From: Desulfovibrio sp.
GTDB taxonomy: Bacteria > Desulfobacterota > Desulfovibrionia > Desulfovibrionales > Desulfovibrionaceae
Length of the DNA: 64,000 nt
Assembly (NCBI GenBank): GCA_017450275.1
Contig: JAFSVD010000033.1
Span: 7,918 to 71,917 of the forward strand
Direction: 5' to 3'
This document shows, in pieces, positions 39,413 through 49,353 of this stretch; within the stretch, counting starts at the first letter, position 1; the number at the start of each line of letters is the position of its first letter. Below the pieces are notes generated by a model that saw nothing but the letters and a program-made list of their open reading frames with translations, was not told the origin of the DNA and made no database searches. A program made the position numbers and the translations under genes.

Positions 39413-40188
39413 CGCCCCCACCAAACCATATCCTCCTGATAGGAGGATATGGTCGCATGGGGCGCATGCTTTTTTCTCGCGCCCAACAGGCGAAGCTCTC
39501 TCTCGAAGCCCTCGACAAACCACTCATTGCGCAGAATGTGCAGCGCGCAGCGCAGGGCTGTGATTTGGCGCTTTTTTGCGTCCCAGCTCCTGTGCTTTGC
39601 GAAGCGCTTTCCTGCGTCTGTCCGTATCTTCCGAGTACCTGCATTGTGGCCGATATCACAAGCGTCAAAGTGCTTCCCATGACCTGGATGGAATCCCAAT
39701 GGGCTGGTAATGTCGTTGGCACCCATCCGCTCTTTGGCCCCAATCCCGATCCCAGCCTTCCGCTTTCGGTAGCCATAACAGCCGGAACCCGCACCCAACC
39801 TGAGGCTCTTGCCACAACCGAGGCCTTTATACACGCTCTGGGCTTTACGTCGTTTCGCTGCACCCCAGAACAACACGACAAGGCCATGGCAAAGATTCAA
39901 AATCTCAATTTTATCACCAATCTTGCCTATTTTGCGCTTTTAGCCAAACACGACGACTTACTCCCCTTTCTCACCCCCTCCTTCCATCGTCGTCTCAAAG
40001 CCGCCCAAAAAATGCTGACAGAAGATGCAGTCATGTTTTCTGCGCTCTTTGAAAGCAATCCCATGAGTCAGGAAGTGGTTCGAACCTATCACAGAATCCT
40101 GCAAATCGCGGCGAGCGGTGATATTGAAATTCTTTGCAAACAAGCGCTTTGGTGGTTTGAAGACAAATCCGGTGTCCAAAAACCTTAA
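39394..40188 (+). CDS. tyrA: prephenate dehydrogenase
   Basis: IGGYGRMG, DITSVK, GTHPLFGP, EQHDKAMA. Confidence 0.9.
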   Translation: MSCESLTPPPNHILLIGGYGRMGRMLFSRAQQAKLSLEALDKPLIAQNVQRAAQGCDLALFCVPAPVLCEALSCVCPYLPSTCIVADITSVKVLPMTWMESQWAGNVVGTHPLFGPNPDPSLPLSVAITAGTRTQPEALATTEAFIHALGFTSFRCTPEQHDKAMAKIQNLNFITNLAYFALLAKHDDLLPFLTPSFHRRLKAAQKMLTEDAVMFSALFESNPMSQEVVRTYHRILQIAASGDIEILCKQALWWFEDKSGVQKP

Positions 40189-40190
40189 GC

Positions 40191-41243
40191 TTACGCGTTC
40201 TTTTTCCGAAGCTCAGCCAAGGCACATCCCACCTTCTCCCACGCAGGCAAGGCAAACGGGCTTTCCCGTTGGCTTGTGACAACCATGGTCTCATGCACGT
40301 TGTGGCCGAACAGACACAGACTGTGCGTTGGATTGACGGCAATGGCGGAAACCGCATAGGAGAGACTCAAAGATCCAGCCAAAGCCAGGATCTCCTTCGG
40401 CCACCGTGTGCCGTGGCGGGCAAGGGCGACGGGGCTTGGAATGGCCGGAAATGTGAGCAAAAGGTCATCTTCTCGTGCTTTTTGGGCAATGGCCTCGTTA
40501 TCAGCAGCATTTCTGCCAATAGTGAGCCAATAGGCAGCATCTCCCACACAATACCAAAATTGGCGGCCACAATTGGCAAGCGCAAAGCTCTGAGCGTCGG
40601 CATGGCTTTCATGGCAGAGCACAGGATAATAGCGTCGCACATTTTCACGCTCAGTCAGCTTGCAGCCCCCAGCAGGAGTGGGAATAACGGGCAATTGATA
40701 GAGGGCAGCCAAGCGAAGCTGTTCTTTGCGCCCCCGTCCGCCGATACCGAGCAAAGCCTCTCGCTTGACCCAACCACGTTCTTCCACCTGAGAGGGCGCA
40801 AGGTGCTTGGCTGAAAGGGGACGCACAAGGCAGTCTTTGACATGCGCTTCGCGTTCAATGGTGTTCAACACATCGCTCCGCTGAGACATGGGGCGTTGAC
40901 CCAAGACCTCGCCTGTGGCAAGAATTTTTGCCCCCATCTTCTCCATCACGCTTTTTCCCGTCTGAAGCATGAGGATCTTGCAGTCGACGCACGGATTCAT
41001 GGTTTTTCCAAAACCGTATGCAGGACCATTGCGCAAAAGGGTGGCAAAAGCCTCCCCCATATCCAGCCCGACAATCGAGAGCCCATAGTCGTGCTCCCAC
41101 ACTGGAATGCGCGCTGGATTGCCAAAAAAGGGCGAATACATATGCACACAGGTGACCGAAAGTCCCTGCTCTTGCAAAACCAGGGCAGCTAAAATACTGT
41201 CCAGACCACCGGAAAAAAGAACAAGACAATCAGCATTTGGCAT
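40191..41243 (-). CDS. ThiI/MnmA-like PP-loop tRNA sulfurtransferase
   Basis: FSGGLDS, NPCVDCK, TGEVLGQRPMSQ, PAGGCKLT. Confidence 0.85.
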   Translation of the reverse strand: MPNADCLVLFSGGLDSILAALVLQEQGLSVTCVHMYSPFFGNPARIPVWEHDYGLSIVGLDMGEAFATLLRNGPAYGFGKTMNPCVDCKILMLQTGKSVMEKMGAKILATGEVLGQRPMSQRSDVLNTIEREAHVKDCLVRPLSAKHLAPSQVEERGWVKREALLGIGGRGRKEQLRLAALYQLPVIPTPAGGCKLTERENVRRYYPVLCHESHADAQSFALANCGRQFWYCVGDAAYWLTIGRNAADNEAIAQKAREDDLLLTFPAIPSPVALARHGTRWPKEILALAGSLSLSYAVSAIAVNPTHSLCLFGHNVHETMVVTSQRESPFALPAWEKVGCALAELRKKNA

Positions 41244-41303
41244 AGTGCCTCACTCAACAACAGTCTCTGCGGATCAACCAGGAATACTCCTTAAAGGCCT
41301 TCC

Positions 41304-42338
41304 ATGCATTATACGCTCGGTGTTATCGGCGCAACAGGGATCGTTGGGGAAGAACTTCTCGCTATTCTTGCAGCGCACAATATTCCTCCTACGGCTGTCA
41401 AAGCCTTTGCGTCCCAAGATGCCCTCGGCGAATCTCTCCCCTATGGCGATGACGAAATAGCCGTATCGCCCCTTGATCCTTCTGTTTTTCAAGATCTTGA
41501 TCTGGCCTTTTTCTGTGTGCCAGATTCTGTGGCAGGTGAGTGTATTCCCATAGCTCTCCAATCGCAATGCGTTGTCATAGACACCTCGCGACACTTTCGC
41601 CTCCATCCCAAGGCCTGCCTGTTTGTGCCAAGCCAAACAGAAGCGCTTCTGCTCCACCAAGGGCTCATCGCTCTTCCCAACCCTCTCAGCCTGGCTCTCA
41701 CGCTTGCTCTGGAACCCCTCCATGAAGAGTGTGAGCTAACACGGCTCTGTGTCACGGCCTTTGAATCGGTCTCAGGAGCAGGAAGAGCAGGGGTCGAAGA
41801 ACTCGAACACCAGATACGCGACTTGATGAATATGCGCGATAGCGAAAACACGGTTTTTCCCCGACAAATCGCCTTTAACACCGTGCCACAGACAGCCCCC
41901 TTTGCCGAAAACGACTATACCGACGATGAACTCGATTGCATCAACGAAACCCGGGCACTGTTGAACGCACCGGATCTTTGCGGCACGGCAACCAGCGTCT
42001 ATGTTCCCACCTTCTTTTGCCACGCCCTCTCAGTCAACGCCACCTTTGAAAATCCCATCACAGCCAAGGAATGCCGTGCCATTCTCTCCCAGATTCCAGC
42101 CATCCATCTTGTCGACAATCCGATGGCAGACTGCTATCCAACCATGCTCGATTGTGGGGGCGAGGATGCTGTTTTTGTGGGACGGATCCGCCCAGACACT
42201 TCACACAAAAATACCCTCAATCTTTGGATTGTGCTGGACAATGTCCGGTACGCTTGTGCCAAAAGTTGTGTAACGATCTATCAGTATCTTTGCGACCATG
42301 ACCTTGTCCGTGTGACGCCAAACCTTCTGGAGCGCTAA
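41304..42338 (+). CDS. aspartate-semialdehyde dehydrogenase-like (Usg-type) protein
   Basis: GATGIVG, SVSGAG, QIAFN, FVGRIR, DNVR; catalytic PNC replaced by PNP. Confidence 0.8.
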   Translation: MHYTLGVIGATGIVGEELLAILAAHNIPPTAVKAFASQDALGESLPYGDDEIAVSPLDPSVFQDLDLAFFCVPDSVAGECIPIALQSQCVVIDTSRHFRLHPKACLFVPSQTEALLLHQGLIALPNPLSLALTLALEPLHEECELTRLCVTAFESVSGAGRAGVEELEHQIRDLMNMRDSENTVFPRQIAFNTVPQTAPFAENDYTDDELDCINETRALLNAPDLCGTATSVYVPTFFCHALSVNATFENPITAKECRAILSQIPAIHLVDNPMADCYPTMLDCGGEDAVFVGRIRPDTSHKNTLNLWIVLDNVRYACAKSCVTIYQYLCDHDLVRVTPNLLER

Positions 42339-42341
42339 GCC

Positions 42342-43292
42342 ATGGATGTCCTTGACTGGCAAGCCTATACCAACGCCTTGTTGGCGGCAAAACGCCCGGG
42401 CGCTGAAAACTACCTGGCTTTTTACGACCACAGAATCAAAGCCATAGGCACCAATCCCGCCCATCTCCTTATTCCCTTGGACGACCACCTCTGTCACAGA
42501 GGAGACGGCTTATTTGAGAGCATATGCTTTCGCAAGGGACGCATCTACGTACTCGATGCCCATATTGCGCGCATGCAACAAGGCGCCAAGGCTCTGGAAA
42601 TACTTCCCCCCTGTTCATGGGAAGAAATACAGCATATCACCTGCCAGGTGGCGCAGGCGGCAAAGGTTCCCGATGGCGATCTCCGCATTTTTTTAAGCCG
42701 AGGTCCTGGCGGCTTTGGCATTAGCCCGACAGAATGTCCCGAAGCCGGGCTCTATATCGTGGCAATCCGTGCTAAACCCATTGATCCAGCCATCTACACC
42801 AAGGGGATAACAGCCTTTACCAGTACCATTCCGCCCAAACAGAACTACCTTGCGACCATCAAAAACACCAATTATCTGCCCAATGTCTTTATGGCCATGG
42901 AGGCAACCAAGCGCGGTCTCGATGTGGCTGTGAGCTTTGACGCCGATGGCTGCATGGGGGAGGCTGCTGTTGCCAATATAGCCCTTGTGGCCAAAGACGA
43001 TACCTTTGTCTGCCCCGATTTTACCAATATTCTTCCGGGAACAACACTTCTTTCAGCGATGCGCCTTGTGCCCAAAAAAATGCCGCTCATCCAGCGCCCC
43101 ATCACGCACAAAGATATCTATGATGCGAAAGAGGTCTTGCTTTTGACCAGTTCAAGCCTGTGTGTGCCGGTGACATCCTTCGACAATCAGCCCATTGCCC
43201 AAGGGAAACCAGGGCCTGTGGCCGCCTGGCTCAAAGAAGAATTGGCCAAAACCTATGATGCAACCGGCATCGTGCTTGGGAGCATACAATAA
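42342..43292 (+). CDS. class IV PLP aminotransferase (IlvE/Dat/PabC family)
   Basis: RGDGLFE, IKNTNY, ILPGTT, GKPGP. Confidence 0.9.
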   Translation: MDVLDWQAYTNALLAAKRPGAENYLAFYDHRIKAIGTNPAHLLIPLDDHLCHRGDGLFESICFRKGRIYVLDAHIARMQQGAKALEILPPCSWEEIQHITCQVAQAAKVPDGDLRIFLSRGPGGFGISPTECPEAGLYIVAIRAKPIDPAIYTKGITAFTSTIPPKQNYLATIKNTNYLPNVFMAMEATKRGLDVAVSFDADGCMGEAAVANIALVAKDDTFVCPDFTNILPGTTLLSAMRLVPKKMPLIQRPITHKDIYDAKEVLLLTSSSLCVPVTSFDNQPIAQGKPGPVAAWLKEELAKTYDATGIVLGSIQ

Positions 43293-43311
43293 CTTCCAAG
43301 GAGAATGGCCA

Positions 43312-44265
43312 ATGAAATGTCGTATCTGTAAAAAGACCGCCTGCGTGGGCTTGCGCAGCCACAATACCGCCTTTTGTGAAGACTGTTTTTTGCAGTTTTT
43401 TCAACGGCAAATTGAGCGCGGTATCGAAAAAGAGCACTTGTTTACCAAGGACGATCGCATTCTGGTGGCCATCTCCGGCGGCAAGGATTCCCTGGCACTG
43501 TTGTATGAGCTGAACCACCTTGGCTACAACGTCACAGGGCTTCACATCGACTTAGCCATTCAGGGCTCCTCGGATACGGCCAGAGAGGCTGTTGAACGCT
43601 TTTGCCAAAAGCACGCCCTGCCTCTCATCGTTTTAGCCACAAGCGACTATGATCTGGCAATACCCACTGTCAAAGCAAGCGTTCGACGTCCCATCTGCTC
43701 AGCCTGTGGCACCATCAAACGGTATTTTTTCAACAAAGTCGCCATCGACCAGCACTTTACGGTTTTGGCAACCGGCCATACCCTGGATGATGAAGTGGCG
43801 CGCCTCTTGAGCAATACGCTTCGATGGGATCCCAGTTATTTGGCAACGCAAGGGCCTCTTCTTCCTGCGGAAAATGGTTTTGTCCGCAAGGTCAAACCCC
43901 TGTGGCGACTCAGTGAATACGAAACAGCCACCTTTTGCTTTTTACTGGGTATTGAAAATACCCATACCGTGTGCCCGTACAGTCAGGGCGCATCCTTTAC
44001 CGTCTTAAAGAAACTCCTCAACAATCTTGAGGCCACTATGCCTGGCCGAAAAATCGACTTCTATCAGGGATTTTTGGAGAGGGGCAAACCGCATTTTCGG
44101 ACAATGGCACCCACCAATGCCAATCTGAGGCCGTGCATCCAGTGCGGATACCCGACCTCAAACGACGATATGTGTGGCGTCTGTCATATGCGCACACTTG
44201 TTCGCGCACGAAAAGGCGAGGCGCACAAGGACAAAACGGAAGTGGAAGAGGAAAAAGGTGAATAA
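43312..44265 (+). CDS. TtuA/TtcA-family tRNA thiolation ATPase
   Basis: N- and C-terminal Zn fingers, SGGKDS, CSACG, TGHTLDD, CPY. Confidence 0.88.
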   Translation: MKCRICKKTACVGLRSHNTAFCEDCFLQFFQRQIERGIEKEHLFTKDDRILVAISGGKDSLALLYELNHLGYNVTGLHIDLAIQGSSDTAREAVERFCQKHALPLIVLATSDYDLAIPTVKASVRRPICSACGTIKRYFFNKVAIDQHFTVLATGHTLDDEVARLLSNTLRWDPSYLATQGPLLPAENGFVRKVKPLWRLSEYETATFCFLLGIENTHTVCPYSQGASFTVLKKLLNNLEATMPGRKIDFYQGFLERGKPHFRTMAPTNANLRPCIQCGYPTSNDDMCGVCHMRTLVRARKGEAHKDKTEVEEEKGE

Positions 44266-44277
44266 AAGGAGTGTTGT

Positions 44278-44991
44278 GTGAAAATTCTTGTTTTACTTTT
44301 GGTACTCTTGTCTCTTCCTACCTTTGGCTATGCACGATCGGCTGTTCCAGATGGAATCAATGACGCAGCAATGGACACAAGTCTTCTTATACCTCCGCCA
44401 CCTGCCTATGATTCAACACTGATGGCAAACGACCGTGCTCAATACGAACGTGGTTTTACACTCAGAAAAACGCCGCGTGGCGAACAAGCAACCCTTGACG
44501 CGAATTTAAAAAAAGCCCATACGCGTTTTTCTGAAGCATTTGGGTATCAAATCAGTCAAGAGACAACACCTGAAATATACGCGCTTTTGCAATACGTTCT
44601 TCCGTATGTTGACAAAAAAGCCACAGCGACTGCAAAAAAGAAATATATGCGCGTACGACCTTATGTTCTCTACAACACCAACACGTGTTATCCAGAAGAC
44701 GAAGAGCATTTGCGCCATACTGGTTCGTATCCCTCTGGTCACAGTGCAACATCGTGGGGTTTTGCGCTTGTTTTGGCTGAGATCAATCCCGCACGGAAGG
44801 ACGCCATATTGGAACGTGGGTTTGAAATGGGTCAAAGCCGTGTGATTTGCGGTTACCACTGGCAGAGTGATGTGGACGCAGCACGAATCTCGTCAGCTGC
44901 GGCCATCGCTTTACTGCACGCGGATCCAGGCTTCCAAGCGCAAATGGAAAAAGCAAAAAAAGAATTTGATACTCTTTCAAATAAAAAGTAA
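44278..44991 (+). CDS. class A nonspecific acid phosphatase (PAP2, PhoN-like)
   Basis: signal peptide, KKKYMRVRP, YPSGH, SRVICGYHWQSD. Confidence 0.93.
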   Translation: MKILVLLLVLLSLPTFGYARSAVPDGINDAAMDTSLLIPPPPAYDSTLMANDRAQYERGFTLRKTPRGEQATLDANLKKAHTRFSEAFGYQISQETTPEIYALLQYVLPYVDKKATATAKKKYMRVRPYVLYNTNTCYPEDEEHLRHTGSYPSGHSATSWGFALVLAEINPARKDAILERGFEMGQSRVICGYHWQSDVDAARISSAAAIALLHADPGFQAQMEKAKKEFDTLSNKK

Positions 44992-44998
44992 AAAATAA

Positions 44999-45033
44999 AA
45001 AAAACCGTATGAATAAAATCATACGGCTTTTTT
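44999..45033 (+). terminator. intrinsic terminator
   Basis: CCGTATGA..TCATACGG plus T-run. Confidence 0.75.
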
Positions 45034-45229
45034 GCTCAACATGAGTACCCTAAAATGTTTCGATGGGAATCAATGGGATAGGTAATTCTCTATCCCGAGG
45101 GGAAAATATATACCTGTTTCTTCTCTTTGTTGGCCGAAGGCTTACAAAAAGTGGGAACAAGGCAACAACAAGAAACTTGGAAGAGGCTTTCTCAACCTCT
45201 CCCAAGTTTTTTGCTGTATACGAAACCGA

Positions 45230-45598
45230 CTAGGCATTGCAAATTTGTAATTCTTCGACCTGCGAAATGGTTGGCGTTTCACTTGCAGAAAGACCACAAA
45301 GATCGCGAACAACAAGCATCAACATGTCAAAGGGCAATGTCATGTTGGTTTTGCCATTGTTGATAACGCAATTTGTTCCATTGACAGCAAAACGAAAGGC
45401 GTGATGGGATTTTTCCCCACCAACAGAACGGACAATATAATAGATCTGCTCGTTCGTGTCGGTGACATAGAGTTTCTGTTTGGTCAGCTGTTTATGTTCC
45501 TCGTCAAACCAGGAGCATTCAGAATAGAGACTCCCCCGAAACGTGAGATCTTCACCATTATCCTGAGGAAGATTCACCGATTCAAATTTTTTTTGCAC
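45230..45598 (-). CDS. hypothetical protein
   Basis: GGAG RBS with GTG start, natural composition. Confidence 0.75.
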   Translation of the reverse strand: MQKKFESVNLPQDNGEDLTFRGSLYSECSWFDEEHKQLTKQKLYVTDTNEQIYYIVRSVGGEKSHHAFRFAVNGTNCVINNGKTNMTLPFDMLMLVVRDLCGLSASETPTISQVEELQICNA

Positions 45599-45983
45599 GG
45601 GAAAACTCCGCTGCTAAAGATGAGCCATCGCAGCCTTGGTATGATACGATGACTAAGATCTGCCCTAACCATTGAAATGCCTCCGAGGCATTCCTTTTTG
45701 CCAACAACGGCAGGAGAGACTCCCTCCTGTGGTACCCCCGTGTCTGCAAAAAAACCTTGCAATATAAAATTTTGTACTTCTAACAGCGAGATGGACGCTT
45801 TTTTCAGCAAAAGAGGGCAAAAGATGGGTATCCCACCTGATACACTCGCCCTGAGTTTATACAAAAATTTATACGACTGCAAGTAAGAAACCATGGGTAT
45901 AGACAGAAAGTGTAATTCCCCATACTGTCCATATCTATACTAAAAATACTCTTTTATCAAATGCAGTAATTTCTAGACATTAT

Positions 45984-46547
45984 CTAGAGATCGTCTTCTT
46001 GCGATTTACGATGTTTTTCCACAAAGCGGGCATAGGCACGGGCAACAGGGGAATGTGGATCCATGGACGCTAAGAATTCTCCCGATAAAGGCTCATGGGG
46101 GGGCGGTGGCGGAAGCTCTTGCACAGATTTTGCAAGAGTATGAAGGCCTGTTTTCCCTTGCGTTTGGTCGACAAAGAGCTTGGTAAAAAACGGTCGTCCT
46201 AAAAAGGCATTGACATTTTCAAGAATTTCCCTTTGACGCATATAGATTTCCTGCGCTTCCGAAGAATCCGTACAGCCAATCCAAAGGGCTTTTTTCTCAT
46301 GCCCTAAGGGAATGGCAAATTGCGCAAGCTCCTCTCCCACAATCACAGCCCACGATTCCCACACATACCGAAGGCTGCCTTGGATCTTTTCCCGATCAAG
46401 CGACGAGAGAAAGCTGATAAAATCAACCGATTTTTGCGCGGAGGATACCGTTTGGGCGCACGAATTCTCGGCTTTTTTTTCAGCAAGGCGAGCTGTTTTG
46501 GAAGAACGTTTTTTGGGGGAGGTTGACGTTTTTTGCGCTCGTGGCAT
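45984..46547 (-). CDS. DUF721/DciA-family protein
   Basis: WESWAVIVGEELAQFAIP..LWIG..AQEIY..EILENVN. Confidence 0.78.
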   Translation of the reverse strand: MPRAQKTSTSPKKRSSKTARLAEKKAENSCAQTVSSAQKSVDFISFLSSLDREKIQGSLRYVWESWAVIVGEELAQFAIPLGHEKKALWIGCTDSSEAQEIYMRQREILENVNAFLGRPFFTKLFVDQTQGKTGLHTLAKSVQELPPPPPHEPLSGEFLASMDPHSPVARAYARFVEKHRKSQEDDL

Positions 46548-46719
46548 CGGTTTTCCTTGGACGCAGCCTGGTGTTTGACTTCCTTTGGATATTCTCTACA
46601 CTAACTCATTGGATTGGTACAAAATCACGATAGCCTGTACAGAGACACGCTCGTTTGTCAACACATGGCTAGCGCGTTCTTGTGGCAAATACACTCATTT
46701 TTCACAGCAAAGGACTGCT

Positions 46720-48141
46720 ATGACGCAAGCATTGGATCTGACGCTGCCCTATAAAGTCGCAGACATTTCTCTCGCAGCATTTGGAAAAAAAGAAATGCAA
46801 CTTTCCGAGCGCGAGATGCCCGGCCTTATGGAATGCATTGCAAAATACCAGAATGAAAAACCGTTGGCGCATTGCAGAGTCACCGGTTCCCTGCACATGA
46901 CCATCCAAACAGCGATGCTGATCAAAACCCTGCACGCCCTTGGGGCAGATATTCGATGGGCATCGTGCAATATTTTTTCAACCCAAGATCACGCTGCGGC
47001 AGCTATTGCTGAGGAAAATCTTGCAGCCGTTTTTGCCTGGAAGGGCGAAAGCTTAGAAGAGTATTGGTGGTGCACGGAAATGGCTCTGACATGGCCGGAT
47101 GGGAAAGGGCCAGATCTTATCGTCGACGACGGCGGCGATGCGACCCTTTTTGTCCATACAGGCTATGCCGTAGAAAACGATCCCAGCCTCCTTGAAAAAA
47201 AAGCGGACAATCGCGAATTCCAATGCGTTTTGGACAGACTGAAAAGCCGCTATCAAGAAGATCCCACCCACTGGCACACCATCGTTCCGAGCATTCGCGG
47301 CGTCTCTGAGGAAACCACAACCGGCGTGCACAGGCTCTATCAAATGGAAAAAGAGCATCGCCTGCTTTTTCCGGCCATCAATGTCAACGATTCCGTGACA
47401 AAATCCAAATTCGACAATCTCTACGGTTGCCGGGAATCTCTGGCTGATGGCATCAAGCGGGCAACCGACATCATGGTTGCTGGCAAAGTGGTGGTTGTGT
47501 GCGGCTACGGGGATGTGGGCAAAGGCTGTGCCCAATCCATGCGTGGCTTTGGGGCTCGCGTGCTTGTGACCGAAATCGATCCCATCTGCGCCCTGCAGGC
47601 TGCTATGGAAGGCTTTGAGGTGACCACAGTTGAAGACGCCCTTCCCATCGGTGATATCTACGTCACCTGCACGGGCAACTACCATGTGATTATCGGAAGC
47701 CATATGGAAGGCATGAAAGACGAAGCCATTGTCTGCAATATCGGCCATTTTGACAGCGAAATCGACATGACCTACCTGGAAAAGACGCCAGGGATCAAGA
47801 AAATGACGATCAAGCCACAGGTCGACAAGTGGACGCTCAAATCCGGTCGAAGCATCCTTATTCTGGCCGAAGGCAGGCTCGTCAACCTCGGATGCGCAAC
47901 AGGGCATCCGAGCTTTGTCATGTCCAACAGTTTCACCAACCAGACCTTGGCGCAAATACGGCTTGCCAATACGCCCCATGAGAAGAAAGTCTACACCCTG
48001 CCCAAGGAGCTCGATGAAGAGGTCGCCCGGCTCCATCTTCCACGGCTTGGAGCGAAACTGACCAAACTCACGCAGGAACAGGCAGACTATATCGGGGTTC
48101 CCATCAATGGCCCCTACAAACACGACTTCTACCGCTATTAA
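46720..48141 (+). CDS. ahcY: adenosylhomocysteinase
   Basis: [43 protein letters not shown]. Confidence 0.98.
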   Translation: MTQALDLTLPYKVADISLAAFGKKEMQLSEREMPGLMECIAKYQNEKPLAHCRVTGSLHMTIQTAMLIKTLHALGADIRWASCNIFSTQDHAAAAIAEENLAAVFAWKGESLEEYWWCTEMALTWPDGKGPDLIVDDGGDATLFVHTGYAVENDPSLLEKKADNREFQCVLDRLKSRYQEDPTHWHTIVPSIRGVSEETTTGVHRLYQMEKEHRLLFPAINVNDSVTKSKFDNLYGCRESLADGIKRATDIMVAGKVVVVCGYGDVGKGCAQSMRGFGARVLVTEIDPICALQAAMEGFEVTTVEDALPIGDIYVTCTGNYHVIIGSHMEGMKDEAIVCNIGHFDSEIDMTYLEKTPGIKKMTIKPQVDKWTLKSGRSILILAEGRLVNLGCATGHPSFVMSNSFTNQTLAQIRLANTPHEKKVYTLPKELDEEVARLHLPRLGAKLTKLTQEQADYIGVPINGPYKHDFYRY

Positions 48142-48145
48142 AGAC

Positions 48146-48174
48146 AAAAAGAGGGGGAAAACCCCTCTTTTTTT
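48146..48174. terminator. bidirectional terminator
   Basis: AAAAAGAGGGG GAAAA CCCCTCTTTTT. Confidence 0.85.
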
Positions 48175-48394
48175 ATCCTCGAGAGGTGACTTTGATAATT
48201 TCGAGATGATCGTTGGGATTGATATGGCGATCCAGGGTCAATAACTTCCCCTCCCGTGCCACAAGGGCGCTTTCTTCCGCCAATCCCAAGGCCTTACAAA
48301 GCTGCCACACAGTTTTTACATAGGGGATGGTTGTGGTTGTATCCCCAGGCACCATATGGACAACAATCTCAAGGTTTTTTTGTCCATCCATCAT
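48173..48394 (-). CDS. ThiS/MoaD-like beta-grasp protein
   Basis: TVWQLCKALGL..ALVAREG..DHLEIIKVTSRG*. Confidence 0.78.
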   Translation of the reverse strand: MMDGQKNLEIVVHMVPGDTTTTIPYVKTVWQLCKALGLAEESALVAREGKLLTLDRHINPNDHLEIIKVTSRG

Positions 48395-49353
48395 ACATTT
48401 CCCCACAAAACAAGGCAAAAAAAGATCACTGTTACAACAGCCATGCTGAGCAGTCGGACAAGTTGATTCAGGAAAACCAAACGCACACCTAAGGCCGGCT
48501 CAAAAAGCCCGACATAGGAGGGGAGTTGGTGGCGCAAGGCTCGAATGGGGGTTGAGAGCATATTGCCGATCAAGAGGGCACCGATGATATCGGTCGTACT
48601 CACACTGCCGAGGGATAAAAGCGAAGCAGAGGCTGACACCGCTGCCCCCAATTCCGCAACCATATGGAGCATGACAATCCCAATAACTTGCGGGGACAGA
48701 ATGTGGGTGAACACAATGTTGTCCGCAAGAGACGCCTCAATGGCCGCAAACACCCCTTGTACCTGACAAAAGAACAGGGCAATATAGACTGGCACTGTCC
48801 AGACAAGCATTCTTGGAAAGCGAATGCAAAGTCGTTTCCAAGCCTGTCTCACTGCATGCACAAAACCAACCGTTTGTTTGGGGACATTGGTCTGTTCATC
48901 CTGAACAGCAGGAAGCAGATGTTGTGCCACAACAAAGACAGCAAGAGTGCGAAGCAAGGCTGCAAAAAGGCTGATGGCAACATACAAAACCGCCGCAAAG
49001 CCCAAAACCGGGACAAGAAGAAAAAACAGTGTTGGAATATGGACAAGGTAGGCCGGAAAACTCGCAAAAAGGGAGATGCAAACGAGTTCCCGATGTTTGA
49101 GCCGTTTTTCGGCATAGGCTTCAGCCAAGATCGCGTTTGAAGCAGAGGGTGAGAGAAAAGCGGTTGCAAAAGCAGCCTGGGAGACCACGCCAAAATGCGC
49201 CCTCTTGGCAAAAGGGGCGCTCAATTTCGCAAGATATTGTGTCCAGTGCAATGCTTCGAGGATATTGGCAATAAAAATACCCAGGGAGAGCCCAACAATG
49301 AGGCGAATCAAGGGCGTGCAAAGCATCTGCCACAGATCAAGCGATGGCGTCAT
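48391..49353 (-). CDS. membrane protein, nucleoside-recognition (Gate) domain type
   Basis: many TM segments; ALRHQLPSY motif; family recognised by eye. Confidence 0.7.
   Translation of the reverse strand: MTPSLDLWQMLCTPLIRLIVGLSLGIFIANILEALHWTQYLAKLSAPFAKRAHFGVVSQAAFATAFLSPSASNAILAEAYAEKRLKHRELVCISLFASFPAYLVHIPTLFFLLVPVLGFAAVLYVAISLFAALLRTLAVFVVAQHLLPAVQDEQTNVPKQTVGFVHAVRQAWKRLCIRFPRMLVWTVPVYIALFFCQVQGVFAAIEASLADNIVFTHILSPQVIGIVMLHMVAELGAAVSASASLLSLGSVSTTDIIGALLIGNMLSTPIRALRHQLPSYVGLFEPALGVRLVFLNQLVRLLSMAVVTVIFFCLVLWGNV

Noticed and set aside
46550-46719. SAH/SAM riboswitch or SahR site upstream of ahcY
   Set aside because: No recognisable consensus by eye.
47053-48147. 364-aa antisense ORF, and similar long antisense ORFs over recD2, tsf and the M16 gene
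   Set aside because: Shadow frames of well-supported genes.
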